Positions 1-14,011 of a DNA stretch of 64,000 bases are shown piece by piece. The DNA comes from Camelus ferus (Eukaryota), in the NCBI RefSeq assembly GCF_009834535.1, contig NC_045696.1, forward strand, positions 14,324,001 through 14,388,000, read 5' to 3'. Position 1 is the stretch's first letter, and every line of letters starts with the position of its first letter. The notes under the pieces were generated by a model, which ran no database searches, was not told the DNA's origin, and saw nothing but the letters and a program-made list of their open reading frames with translations. Made by a program: the position numbers and the translations under genes.

Positions 1-300
1 AATGTGATGGTATTTGAAGATGGGACTTTGGGGAATTGATTAAGTTTAGATGAGGTCATGAGGATGAGGATAATTTCTTCCTCATGAAGAAATCAGTGTC
101 CTTATAAGAAAGGAGTACACTGAAGCGTTTACTTCTTCTCTCTCACTCTGCCCTGTGAAAGACATAGCAAGAGGGAGTCCATCTGAAAGCCAGAAGGAGA
201 TTTCTCACCAAGGAACCTTGATCTTGAACTTACCAGCTTCCAGAACCATGAAAAATAAATTCTTACTATATAAGCCACCCAGTCTATGCTGACTAATATA
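1..300 (+). mobile_element. MaLR LTR (MLT1A/MST-like), 5' part outside window
   Basis: Typical MaLR LTR text: 'aatgtgatggtatttgaagatggg...gatgaggtcatgagg', 'accttgatcttgaacttaccagcttccagaacc...aaataaattc...taagccacccagtctatg'. Confidence 0.8.
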
Positions 301-3300
301 GTTATTATCAGCTTAGATCTGGTTCTGACATCTTTAGTTGCAACAATAACACTCAAGTCAGGAGGCTGACTGTTCCTATTTAGATTAATTACAGTGGCTA
401 GAAGAGTACAGATCAAAATAGAAATTGCTCAAATGATAGGTACAGTTAAAAAAAGACAAAAGTCTAGAACAGATTAAAATTTTATATTTTAACAGATAAT
501 TGAAATAATATATCCAAGTCCAACTTTTCTATTTGTAAGTCCCTAGAATTCAAGAAGCTCACAAACAAATTGCAAAGCTACAATCCGGTATGTTTTATAC
601 AATATAATTTGACTCTTCCTAAACTTTCATCTTTTTAAATCACTTATTTTATTCTTACAAGTTAAAGATCTAAAATCCAAATTCTTTTGTTAAACTTAAG
701 GAAAAAATTCTCCTAAATTTCTTAATCAGTTTCATCTCAATGGAAGCAAACTTTCATCTTAACGAGAACCAAGTTGATCACTTTTTTATTTAAACATTTT
801 ATGCAGAAAGCAGAGCAAATCAATTCGCAAGATGCCCTTTCTATATTATCATTGAGTAAATATCTATTCATTACAAATTGTTGTAGAAAGAAACTAATAG
901 GCAAAATAAAAAAGAAAATGGCTGAGTAGAAGAAAGAAGGAGGGGAGACGGTTTGAGGTTACTGCTTAATTTTCAAAATTTATTTTGGAGGGACAATAGC
1001 ATAAACTGTGTCAAAAAATGAAAACAAAATAGTTTCTGGACCGTCAGTTCTCTTTAACAGTGAAAAATAGAGGAGTTAAACATCAAATGCAAAGTTATAC
1101 AAGGCACTAGAAAACACATAGCTACAAATTAACTGACTTTCCATACTAAAGAAAATATAAACAATTGCATCAATAAATTAGCATATAAATATGATATCAC
1201 AATTCAATTATTTTCACTTCCGTTGAGTTTTATACTCAATCAATGAGAAATAAGCAGGAAACAATACATTAGATCTCTTACCTCCTCTTTTCATTTCCTT
1301 ATGCTTGAAATATCTCTAAAATAAATGAATTGATATAGCTTGGTAGATGATTCTTTTTAATTGCAGTAAGTATTTTTATTTTCTACCCCATAACAGTAGC
1401 AAGATTTTATCTCCCTGCCTAGGTTTTAAGCTTTGAACTATTAATTCAGGTAATAAATACCACAGAATAGTGCTTGATCAAATATAAGACAAAATTAAAT
1501 AAATACAAAAATACACCTCTCATTGGTCCCTCATATAATCCAACTCACAGAAAGGTCTGGATTTTTCAACAATGTAACCAGGAAAACACCTAGATCCTGT
1601 CTTCATGTAATCAAATGTCATATCTGAAACCTGAAAAAAAAATAGACAGTGTTCTAGCTATTTAAAATATCTGAATGTTTAGTTCTTGAACACAGTGTCT
1701 ATATTTGCTAAAATTTCTAATTTTCAAATATTTGTCACGGTCCAAGAAAAAGAAAAAGAATCAGTCATGCACTCTATTTCTGAGGAACCCCTCAGGCCAT
1801 TGATTAATGCAATCAATTGAGTACTAGACCATTACGTCTGATTAAGCATTCCCTGATTTTATCAGCAATTTAAGAACTCCAGCTTAATTCTGAGGAGGGA
1901 ATTTAAAAGTATTAAAATTTATATATATTTTCTTCTTCAGGAGGGAAAAACTTCTTTTGGTGTTCAGTCTACACAAGTGGTAATCTGTGGAGCCAAACAT
2001 TGTGAAACATAGACATGCATAAAATGAACAAATAGAAGGAAAAATATCTGCAAAAACACAGGGTTTTAACCAACAACCTTACTGTTGAGTGGAACATTCT
2101 TTCCAGTGAACCCCTTTGGGACACAAGTTATAACAATGCCAATAATAACTAATGAAGTGAGATCTCCTCTCCTTGCAATCCTAGGAACCAGTATATTATT
2201 TAATACTCCTTTCTGATTTTCTCAATATCTTCTATGGATGAGAAACACAAGCTTCTGAAAGAAATTTCCATAGACTCAAGAAACACCAGAAAATAGACAA
2301 GAGAAAAGAGGGGGTGTACAAAGGACTGAGGAGGTGTAGACATCTCAGCTTGATGTAGGAAGAATCAACTCCTGTAAAACAGAGATTGTCATATTAGCAG
2401 TTATCCTATAATAATCTTATATTAAATGGAAAACATGGGGAAGTTCACTAAGAGTCACAGACAGTGCCAGGAATGGGTGGACCAGGTCTCATAGATGCTG
2501 CCTTCTCACCCAACACATCAGTTTGTGCAGCAGCCCCTCGTTATTTTGTGATCCTCTTAAAAAAGATTTTGTCACAGCAGCTCAGGAAGTTTTCAGGTCA
2601 CCTCCTGCTAACTCAGGTTTCCCCCAAATAAATCTTCAGTCTAAAAGCAGAAGTTCTGTTTTTATGAAAAGTACTGCTCAGATTTTATGATACTTAAGCA
2701 GCAGTGTGACACCCTCTATTAATGTGAAGTTCCCATAAGACCATAAACTCAGCTTCTTCCTCATTACAATTTAACACATCAGATTAGGCAGGAGATTATA
2801 TTCCCATTAATGCATAAAGCTGCAGAGATGGAATTATGTCTATATCCACCTGCTTTCAGAACAATGTAAAACTCTAACAATGTAACAATGTTAGAGATGC
2901 TATCAAATCTATGGCGTTAATCAATGAGGAACACCATCAACACTTGCATCAAAAGTCTGCTCTAAGCAAATAATTTATTTTTTCTCTTTATAATATCTCT
3001 TCTGCCTAACCTGGCAGTTAATAATATATTAATAATTTACCCATTCTTCACGTAATTGTATTAAGTATTTCTATTATTCAAAGGTTATTCCTATAGTAAA
3101 GCTAGTAAAAATGTTCTACACTTTCCAATGTATTCTTCAAATTCCTGCCCTTCTTTCTGTTTCTCTTTTTTCCATAGCCAAACATCACTCATCTTTTGGC
3201 CATTGGCCTAAATACAGCCATACCCAAATGAGGAAATACCATAATCGTAAATATAATGCATTTTAAATGTGTTGTTTTACTGAGCAACAGCATAATTACA

Positions 3301-3424
3301 GTGCACTCACCAATAAAAGCTAGCAGGACCAGGTGTCTGATTCATCCATATAATTATTAATATTGACACCCTTTTCTCTCAAGGGTATTCTAGCTTGGAT
3401 AATAAATTCTCTCAGTGTCCTAGC

Positions 3425-3600
3425 ATCACTGACTTGAGGGCCTGCCTGTCTAGTTTCAAATCCAAGTTTTATTATTTACTATTTGTGTAAATTTGGAGAA
3501 GTGTAACCTCTGTCTCTCAATTGCTTCAGCTGTGAGTAAATTTTAAGGATTAAGTGAGTTAATACATGGATAGCATTGGGAAAAGTGTCTGGAAGTGGTA
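3425..3600 (+). mobile_element. MIR SINE fragment
   Basis: MIR core-like 'tttcaaatcc...aacctctgtctctcaattgcttcagctgt...aggattaagtgagttaatacatg'. Confidence 0.65.
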
Positions 3601-6129
3601 ATTATTATTATTATATCGTTAAATGTTAGCCACGGTTACTATTCCATAGATTAAAACCAAACACACATTCAGAGAGAGAAAGAGAGAGAGAAAAGCAACA
3701 CACCCTCAGGGCTTCTGGTACTTCAGAAGTAAAACAAATATGAGATAGAAAACCAACTAAAACTGTATTATTTGGTTATACATAGCATTAAGGACAGAGA
3801 ATATTAATAGGCACCTTTGGGATTGTGAAACTTTTAGAAGGAAATAGTTATTAGCTTTGCTACATTTTACCTGAGGCAAAATGTATGTTAATATTCCATA
3901 GAAACGTCAACAATTGAACTTGAATATTAGTTTTAGTTTAACAGTCATGGAATACAAACACGATGCATTTAGGAAATTCTGAGGATGAAACAGATATAAA
4001 TAAGTGACTGTTAATACGAATAGAGTAGTTTTTAATTAAATGCTTCATACGTTATTTTATTTTTGAAAGATAAAATAAAATAATCTTTTCTCTAGGATTT
4101 ATGAGGGCATTGAGGAAAGTGAGAAATAAAATGAATTTATTTGCCCAAGTATTTCACTTACAGAACGGCTTAATATGCTACTTACTAATGTTTCTAAAAA
4201 TCTGGGAATTGAGAACATTCTTTTACGAAGGCGTGTGGTATGTTTTGAACAGCTTTATCTAGTTCTATGAGCAGTCGCATAGTTTCCCATTTTTATAAAT
4301 ATGATAGAAATAAGCCATGGGTAGAACATGTACTTCAGTAGCTATTTCTAAGAGCAGTGGTGGACTGGAAATAATTAACCCATGTTTTTTTTTTTCTCCT
4401 TTAGAAATGACAACATGCAGATCAAAGGTGATTAACCCAGATTGGATGCCAAGCCATGGTGATGGAACACTTTGAGCTCAACTCCCCCAAATAAGAATCA
4501 CACCCATGACCTCCACATTATTGATGGAGCCATAGACAGGAATCGCTAATTGGACCAGATGTTCCTTTATACTCAGCATTACTCCAAAGTTCTGAGTTTT
4601 CCCCAGCAGGGAATTCAGTTGCACCAGGAAATACAGCAAAGTCAAGAGAGTCACAGTCATTAAATTAGTAAGTTCAGAAACTTCCCAAAACGTAAGTTGA
4701 TTTGTGAGTAGAGTGTGAATAAAGAACTCTAAGAAGAGACTTCTACTTCCAGTTGTCATACAGAAGATTAAGAAAGATCTTCCCTCCCTAACAACCTGGA
4801 AAACCTTAACAGAAGAAAAATCACACTTCTCCACGGGGCTAACAAAGAGCAGCAGATGCAAGAAGCCCTTGTTGAACTGAAAAGAGAGACAGGAGCCTCG
4901 TAGCAGAGCCAGAACTCATGGGAGCTTTCATTCTGCTCCAGGTGCAGGCAGATCAGAACTGGAAAGAGAATTCAGAGATAATCTCTGTGTATTTCCAATA
5001 TGAAAGAGAAACCAGTTCTCTTATTTCACCCCAACTCTGTGAATCAGCACGTGTTCTGATTTCCAACAGGAGAATGAAGGCTGAAGCCAGCCTAACACCT
5101 CAGAATGTGGACTGGTGAGCCGCAGATAAGGAAAACAAGTTCCAGCTCAAGCATCCAACTCATGAACACCACAATCACTTTTATTCGAAGCCAGTACAAC
5201 CTTCTTTTAATCTGCTTCTGACATCACTGTGATAACTTGCTCTGGAGGCTGTAACTGACAACATATAAAACATAATAGCAGCCAAATGGAGCATTACAGT
5301 CCCCGAAATGAAAGGAGATTTGTCATAACAGAAACTCGGTTGCCACAAGCTGTGTCAACCACAAGTGGCATGCTGGAACACGGCACACTAATCCTAAACA
5401 CACCTGATCTTAACACTCAACACCTAGGGCAAACATAGGTTGATAATGATTGTCTTTCCAGACAAATGATACCATCTTACATTTTATAGTGTTTTCTAGT
5501 CTACACAAAGTGTTTTCAGGTATATGATCTTGTATGCTGATTAAAAATTATTAATTCCATTTTACAGAAAAGAAAACCAAGGTTTGGAGACATTAAACTA
5601 TTTGCATATTGGACAACCAAATAGTGAAAAGAGACGTAAATTGCAGGTGAAGTTTCCTTGCTCTAAATATAAGGCTCTGTCTATAGTAAAACGAGAGCAC
5701 ATTCTTTCAAATGGTTAATATCATTGAAATAACATGTTGGATCATATAATCAAAACCTTGGTTCTGGTTTTTCATTATTGCTGTCTGATAAGCAGGTGTA
5801 TTACATGAACTAAAGTATCTATTCATTTGTGCAGTAAATATTAATTGAATGTTTTTCACGTGTTATGTCCTGGAAATGCAAAATAATCCTCTTCCTCAAG
5901 GATCAGATGTGTGATAAAAACATGTCAAATAGGGAAATCCAAGTTAACAAGACAAGGAGAACATAGACAAACTAGGTCAAGCTAGAGGGTTCTGAAGGAT
6001 CCAAAAGGAAAAGCAAGATACCATAGGACAAAGGATCAAAAAAAAAAATATTCCAGGGAGGAAGAAAAATATATGAAGGTAGAGAGTAGGGAGAGTCATG
6101 ATCCAGTTAGGATGCAGCAGGATTTTGTA

Positions 6130-7165
6130 CCTGGAACTCTCTTTGGACTTCTTCCCTTTTTTGCCCACAAACTCTTCCTTCATGATCTCATCCAGTTTCA
6201 TGGCTTTAAATACTCATCTATGTTTCCAACAATTACCAGATTTAAAGCTCTGACCCGGACCTCTTCCTGGATGTTTTTGCCCAACTGTTTAATCCACATC
6301 TCTACTTGGCTACCTGATGAGCATCTGAAACATAGAAAGTCCAAAAGTGACCTCTTGGTCACTGCTCATTCAGTTTATTTTATCTCAGTTTAAGACTGTT
6401 CTATCTTTCCTGTCACTCAGCCTAGACTTTGGGATCATCCTTACCACCTCATTTACACCTCACATCCAATCATTCAATGAAATTGGTCAATTCTACCTTT
6501 GAAATATGTCACCATTTCCATTGCCATCACCAAAATCCAATTGCAATAAACTGTAGCCTTCTGACTGGCCTTCCTGCTTGCCCGTCCCTACTCCTTAGCA
6601 GGATATTACCAACACAGCAGCCAGTGAGATCCAGGTAATATATGTCAAGTTGTGTCTCTCCTCTGCTCCAAACCCTGCAATGGACTCCCATCTTAGAATA
6701 AATGCTAAAACCCTTCATGTAGGTTCTCTGACCTCATTTCCTGCTCCCCACCCACCAACTTCACTCCTCACTACACAAACTCCAACTCTTTCTTCTTCAG
6801 TACACCAAGCAGAGTCTAGCCTTTGCACTCACTATTCGCTCTGTCTCCAATGTTTTCCCCACATAAACATGAGTCACATTTTATCTTTAAGATTTTCTTG
6901 AATGCCATCTTCTCAGGGATACCTTCACTGACCACTTTATTTAACATTTCAGCTCCCCTACCTGCTGTTCTTTCTCATTAACCTCCCTTATTTTTCTCCA
7001 AATCCCCTTTCAGCATGTGATACGATGTTTTTCACTTATTTATTGTAAATCTCCCCAATGCTAAAATGTAAGCTCTACTGGTATAGTGATTTTTCACCTA
7101 GAATAGTAATTAGTAGAGAGTAGGTTCCCAAAATTCATTTTTTGAATGGATGACTAGTGAATGCA
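6130..7165 (+). mobile_element. LINE2 (L2) 3' portion
   Basis: L2 hallmarks 'gatctcatccagtttcatggctttaaatac', 'acatctctacttgg', 'ctctgctccaaaccctgcaatggactcccatc', ending in a tgaa-like tail. Confidence 0.8.
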
Positions 7166-7308
7166 CAAGGCATATAGCAAAGTTTCATAATAGATGACGC
7201 TTGAAATATAAGTCTTATTTACAATATGATGATAACTTCATATTGAGTGACCATGGTTTCTGGTTTGTCAGAGATAGTCACTGTGATTCTAGTATAATTA
7301 ATAGCCTT

Positions 7309-7629
7309 TGTCTTAGTCTCTTCTGGCTGCTGTGACAAAATGCAGACTGGGTAGGTTATAAACAACAGAAATTTATTTCTCACGGTTCTGGAGGCTAGAA
7401 GTCAGAGATCAGGGTGCCAGCAGGGTCAGGTGAGGGACCTCTTCCCAGTCATAGACTTCTGTACCCTCACGTGGTGGAAGGGACAAGGGAGCTGTCTTGG
7501 GCCTCTTTTAGAAGGACACTAATCCCACTTAAGCACCTCCCAAAAGTCCCACTTTCTAATGCCATCACCTTGGGAATCAAGATTTCAATATATTAACTTG
7601 GGGAGGATACAAACATTCAGACTATAGCA
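7309..7629 (-). mobile_element. MaLR solo LTR (MLT1A-like)
   Basis: TG...CA termini ('tgtcttagtc...cattcagactatagca'), internal 'aacaacagaaatttatttctcacggttctggaggctagaagtc', near-perfect 5-bp TSD gcctt/ggctt. Confidence 0.85.
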
Positions 7630-8819
7630 GGCTTCTTTAAATTGTTCGAAATGTTCTAGATTGTATGATAGATTATACATTTATCCTACTTATATGGCAT
7701 GCTAGGAAATTTGGATTTTTCTCATTGGCAGTTGGAAGCAGGACTTAAAACTGGTAAGTGATGTAAGGAGATAAGTGTTTTTAAAAGATAATTTGACAGC
7801 AACAAAATGAATGAAAGTGAGTGGAGAAGATTTGGAAAATATTAGGAAGCCAATGCAAACCTTCCATGTTTGAGATTGTCCTAAACTATGTGAAGGGCCA
7901 TGAAGATTATGAGAAAGTAAAAATTGGGGGATCAAGAGATGGAAGATCCATCAGCAGGATTTGGGGATTTATTGCATTAAAGAGATAAGAGATCAAGGCC
8001 ACTTGAGTGATTTTTAGCCTGGGGATCAGATTAGGAATTTATTCACTGAAGCAGTGGACACAGAGGGATGATGAAGACTGAGAGCGAAAATATTTAACTC
8101 AGCTGGGAACTAACTGTGAGACATATCTGTGTGCATCTAGAAGACAGTTCAGAAAATAAGGAAGCAAAGCAATCTGGATAGACAGGAGAAGTTTAAGATC
8201 GGAAGATGAAGATTTAGGTCTTAATGCACATTTAGGAGCTTAGTATATCTTGGTCTATGCATTATTGCATACTTTGAGTGATATTAATGATAAGGAAAAG
8301 TTTTTCCATATTTACTTCCAATAAATAACTATTATATCTTCAAGTAAAAGATGTTAGTTTTATGCATTTTCTTGAACATTTATCCAGACTCATATTTTCA
8401 GAACTTTTTCCAAAAGAATATTGGTTACTGCAAATTCATTTCTTTATTTAGGTACAAATTGTCTTGGTGGCACTTGTTTATTTCCTTTTAGCTCAATTAT
8501 TCATCCTCAACATATTTATATTTGATTTAAAATCAGTCAATGGGTATATTGGAAAATCTACTGTAAAAAATGTACAATGAACAGGAATCTTCAATGTGTC
8601 TTTGTAAATGTAAGCCCAATCTTTGAAGGGCATTAAAGACACATTTTGACCAAAGCCAAATGGCCATAGTTAAAATCAAGTTTCAACTGAAACTGAGGCC
8701 AACAGGAAATATCACTATCACAATAAAATTCTGCTACATAGAAATAAATCTAATTTTTTAAAATACTATTATTTTGTTATTAAAATTATGTGGACAAATT
8801 TTAACATTTGATGTTTTAG

Positions 8820-9255
8820 TTAGGCATGCCACACTGCACAAGGCCACATGGAAAAGCACTAGGGTCAGTTGCAAGGCAAAGGTAGAGGGGAGAAAGGAGG
8901 ATAAGAGCCTTTCTTATAGTTTCCATGGAAAAGAACAGGGTAAACAGGCTTAGGAATGGCTGGTCTGAATAATTCAGCAGGCTCTGAGGTATATGGGCTG
9001 TTCCTAGTTGTCTGGTACTCGGTCCTGGGGTGGTTTGAATAGTGGATAGTGGGTTAGAGTGTGGCAGCATGATAAAGGAGGTGGTTGGGTGTGTGGGCTC
9101 TGGATTTGTTGGTTTGCATTTGAAAGGTAGACTCATGGTCATTTGTTTGCTCTCTTCGGAAATTGGTTAACCCCGGGAAGAGCAGTCCCTCTAGAGTGCA
9201 AGACCCCAATTATCAAAGCAACAGAATACAGAAAAGAAAGGACTTGGTTAATACA
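8820..9255 (-). mobile_element. ERVL LTR (MER73/74/76-like)
   Basis: Reverse complement begins 'tgtattaaccaag...ttttctgtattctgttgctttga...gagggactgc', the recalled 5' end of this group. Confidence 0.6.
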
Positions 9256-10790
9256 TTTGCACATACTTGTTGCTTCATTCAATCACCTGACAAAAAATTT
9301 CCCTTAAACATTGGATGGTAATGGAGCAGTGTTATTGACTTTCAATATAACCTATTTATGAACTATCTACACCTTGGATTTCATTGCATGGACACCAAGT
9401 TCAGCATCTCCTCTAGAACAGAATGATGGGAAGCAAATATGATGGAAGAAATACATACATCAATTTGGTTACTTTAATAGCAGATTCAAGCAATGGATTA
9501 ACTATCTGCAAGCAATTGGATATCCTGCTATATGGGTATTATCTTTCAAATGCAATATTGGTGTTTCTTCAAGCACCACTTAACATCATAAATGTTATTC
9601 TATCATGTTTGGAACATCTTATATAAGCACATGACAAAGAAGTTCCAAGATTCTCTTTATGTCATGCAGTTTGTCCTTGGCTAAAGAATAACGAATAATT
9701 AGCTCACTATCTCACTGATTATAGGCAATAATTCTGTTCTCTACTGTGTGTTGTATTTATGCCCTGAACATAAAACCAAAGGGTGAGAACAAAAATCACC
9801 ACGTGCATAATTACTAAATCACTTATAGCCTCCATTGTGTTTTTTCCACTGTCACTGTCCATGGTAATTACTTTTGTTTTTCTTTAACTGACTTTCCTTT
9901 ATACAAACATATTTTTTCACAAGAGTCACAATATTGTCCACGGTGTGAGTTCCAGAGATCTCTCAGCAAAAGAGTAAAGTAGAATCACCATGGGTTTCAT
10001 TATTAACGCAGCATATTATCTACCTTAAGAGAATTTTTTTTAATTGTCTCTTCGCGTTCAGATGTCTAATATACAAGATACAGAAACAGCATATTGAATT
10101 ATATCATCCTTTGGGGAACAGAATAATTTACTTCAGGAAAAGAAAACTTAAGTTAAAATTAATTTACATATTTTCTGGAAGAAAATCTGTACCTTTAAGT
10201 CATACCTTGGGGAACTCTCAAAAGTCTCCCCCCGCCAAAAAAAAAAAATGCATAAGAGTTTGTGGCATTAATTCCAGCCTAAGAGTCTGTGGCACTAATT
10301 TCAACATGCATTTTCCATAGACTCAAAATTATAAGGCAGTGTCTTTCTTAAGCATTTTTCTAAAGTCTGTTGTTTTGAATCTTTCTAGTGAAAGTCAAAT
10401 GTCTTTTGGGTGCTTTCTTTTTCTCTAAGTCATTTTGCTACTAGTGAATTTTAATATTTAACATTCTGCTTCTACTTCATTCTCAAAAGATATATTGAAA
10501 AATCCCATGTAGAGTATTTCTTGAAATACTTGTATCTAAATTAAATTAATAATTAAAATTAAAAGGTACATAGTTTAACATTGTATAGACTGGAACATAA
10601 ACAATTCTACAAAGATTAGAATTCATATGTAAACCAAAACTTTTTTCTGCTCTATATCAATATTTAAATTTTTAAAAATATTTGTTGGCTCAAAAGGCAC
10701 ATTGTGTATACCTAAGGTTATCTAAGATCTTTGGTACTGAGAGTGTGGTCCTCAGACCAGTAATGTCAGCAACTCCTGGGAGCTTCCTAG

Positions 10791-11263
10791 TGTGAAGTAA
10801 AGAATGCTGCCCACCATCCAGGTCTATAAGGATTGTCACTACAGTTGCTGACTGATTACGCACCTGGAAGGGAATTCAAGGAAAACAAAAAATAAGGACA
10901 GAATAAGGCACTATATGCTTTGGGAAAAGAGTCCCTTTAGGTAGTTAGATGTATATCTTAGGGAAAAGTTACAACAAACCCAGATTCTTGCATCTTCCCA
11001 TACCTAGCAAAGCACTAAAATCATTCACACAATATCTGTTCCTTGTAACTAGCAGTAATATTTTACTGAGATATGTGCTTGACTGCACCTATTCACCAGC
11101 CAAAAATCATATATATACTGGCCTCTACCCCAACCTCACTGGAGCCAGCCATACCCTCACAGCAACTCTGAAGGGCTATTTCTCAGGGTTTAGTATTCAG
11201 TGAGACCCTGAATAAAACGTAACTCACAGCTCTTACTTCGTGCAGTTTCTCTTTTAGTCAAGA
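10791..11263 (+). mobile_element. ERV1-like solo LTR
   Basis: Starts TG, TATA-like 'catatatatac' ~11108, AATAAA 11211-11216, ends 'ttttagtcaaga', flanks ctag/ctaa resemble a 4-bp TSD. Confidence 0.55.
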
Positions 11264-11369
11264 CTAAAAGAGGACAGTCAGACCCCCTCCAGACCCAATA
11301 AATTGGAATCTGATTTTTAACAAAACTTCATGTGATTTGGGCCCTAATTTGGGTTCTGCCCTCAATTCC

Positions 11370-12110
11370 AATGGTGGCGGGATGGATTTCCCTCCACATC
11401 ACCAAGCAATTCCCAGAATACAGGCTAGGTATCCTACAACTTAATGCCATTCTGACACTATCTCCCTGGAATAGCATGAATCCTACAAGACTATCCCCTC
11501 TCCCCACTTCAGATGCCAATCATAAGCCCACCAACTAGCTATTAATTAGAGGTTCCAACAACCCTCTACTTGTGTTCACTTAATTTACTAGAGCAGCTCA
11601 CAGAACCCAGAGAAACATTTTACTCACTAGAGCACTAGTCTATTATAAAAGAATTGACTCACAAACAACCAGCTGGAAAAGAAGCATAAGGCAAGATATG
11701 GAGAAATGGCATGGAGCCTCCATGTTCCCTCTGAATACACTGCTGCCCCCAAATCTTCATATGTTCACCAACCTGAAAACTCCAAACCCCGTTCCTTTGG
11801 GTTTCCATGGAGGCTTCATGACATAATTGGTTAAGTCAATGGCCACTGGCCACAATTCAACCTCCAACACCTCTTGGGTCCCTGCAGGTCAGGAGGGTGG
11901 GACTGAAAGTCCCAGCCTTTTGATCTTGTAGTTGGTTCCCATGGCAACCAGCCCCTATCCTTAGGTGAGGTTCAAATATCAGCTCATTAACAGAACAAAC
12001 ATAACTTTTCCCTCCTATCACTTAGAAAATTCTAGGGTTTTAGGAACTCCGTGGCAGAAATAGGGACAAAGATCAAACACGTATTTCTTATTATAAATCA
12101 CACTGTGACG
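11370..12110 (-). mobile_element. MER21-like LTR
   Basis: 'caccaagcaattc...ttctgacactatct', 'aatttactagagcagctcacagaac', 'gggactgaaagtcccagcc', 'tatttcttattataaatcac'. Confidence 0.75.
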
Positions 12111-14011
12111 GGCCCACATTAAAGTCTGATAAACACTGATCTAGATAGCATACACTCCCATATTATTTGGACTGTTTATCAATGCGTTTCTCTCTTTATT
12201 TAAAAGTTTATCAATTCCTAATAGTTTTGATCTAAAACCCAACAGCTTTCACAATCATCCATAATTACTGCAGCATGTTTCTCTCATGATCACAAATACC
12301 TCGATTAGCACTTCAATATACAAAACATGAGTGGTTCAAGTTACATCTGGGCTGTTTGCCTGCATTTGAAGTGAGTTTTCGGTACCTACAATAACTACAA
12401 ATCCCAACAACATGCCTTGTCTAGATGACTGGTGATCGTCACACTACTGGAACCATCATAAGATCAGAAAAAATGAAAAGCTCAGAGAGTGGACATCAGG
12501 CTGTGCAGACCTCCAGAAGCTAATATCAAGGCAAATGTTAAATTTATTCTGTACATACCTGGCCAATGTATTTTCTTTCTTTTTCTGCTACTTTTCATCT
12601 TAAAAAAGAATATATGTTCATGCATGAGTGCAGGACAACAGGTTCCTAACATACAATCTAGAACGTACTTAATCTTTCAGCCAAGATGGATGAATTCTAC
12701 CCTCTTACATATTGATATGCTCTTTTATTTCTGTAAAATAGCCCATGTCAATATCTTGACAAACTAAATAAGATAGTGTAAAGATTGTTATGTATATTGT
12801 GCTTTTCTTATGAGGATTAATTAATATTACAAGAACACCGTAAGTTTTAGAAATAATATTGTCCCCATGCCCCCCCCAAATTAACAAGAATAACTAAAAG
12901 ACCTTTATATAATAGATATGATCATGCCTTCTGAATGCACACAAGGAAGATTAAGGTGTAATCTATAAATACTCAGAACCAAATCAGAAAATACAGTCTG
13001 AAATGATCAATTATCTGGCTACCATAGCCTACATGGTGCTACATTTTAAGGGAAGTAAATGTGCGTTATACATTCATTCCTCTAGGCACTCAACCCTTAA
13101 AAGAAATTCTAAAAAAGAGAAAGTCAATAATTAAAGACTTCCGTCCTTTATCATTGCTACTAACTGAATATTAGAAATAGTCTAGTATAAACAACAAATA
13201 TGTTTCGTCCTCTGGAGAATTTCTTACATAATATTTAAGCCTTGAATCCAAAGGAGGGGTGTAACATTATTTTGGAACACAGAAATGCTTCTCTTTGGAC
13301 ATTTTTGGGACCACACAAGTCAAAATATCTTAATGTTTCAACAGTGATCAAATGGAAAGTACCCTCAGAGGATCACAATCCTAAAAGAAAGGTCAAAACA
13401 TGGACATAGATCTGAGCAGCTTTTCAGAATAGAAAAAAAATTGGGCCCAAATGTGAACCTCTGAAAGTTCAAAATCATAAACCACTCAAACAGAGGGCAA
13501 ACTCAGGAAAGCAAAAGGCAAAACTGGCAGGTAAACTATTCTGGGATCCAGGATATAGATATAAACCAAATTCCAAACTGAATACAGAATGGAAAAAAAA
13601 TACATAACAATGACAACACAACAAAATAGCCCCAAAAATTAAGAAAGGAGGACCAACAATTGCTACTTCAGGTGAAGAATACTTAGAATAATCAGCATAG
13701 CAAAATGGCCCTCAGCTTGAACTATAGTGAACTGTAAGCTCCATCTCCCAAGCATAGCATTCCATTAAGAGGAAAATGGACTTTTAAACAGAGAGGATCT
13801 GAGGAACTTCAGATAAAATTCATTCCAGTCAATCCACTTTGAATCAAAAAGTCAGTTCAGCACTTGCCCTTGGAGTCCCAGGTAAAAGAAAGAACAGGAA
13901 AATTAGTCACCCAAAAAAAATTATATAGGAATTGGCACATAGGTATGAAGTGAACAGGCAGATAAGATGACAAGTCATAGTGATCAAGGTGCAGAAGTCC
14001 CCAGTTAAAAC

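Larger units (their letters stand above)
10733..12140. mobile_element. MER5-type hAT element split into three pieces by two LTR insertions
   Basis: 'gtgtggtcctcagaccag...tgggagctt' (10743-10790), 'cagacccaataaattggaatctgatttttaacaaa' (~11265-11335) and 'aaagtctgataaacactg' (~12121-12138) are collinear MER5 pieces. Confidence 0.55.

Noticed and set aside
2872..2895. Hairpin ctctaaca...tgttagag with a taacaatg duplication
   Set aside because: Only an 8-bp stem, compatible with chance or local slippage.
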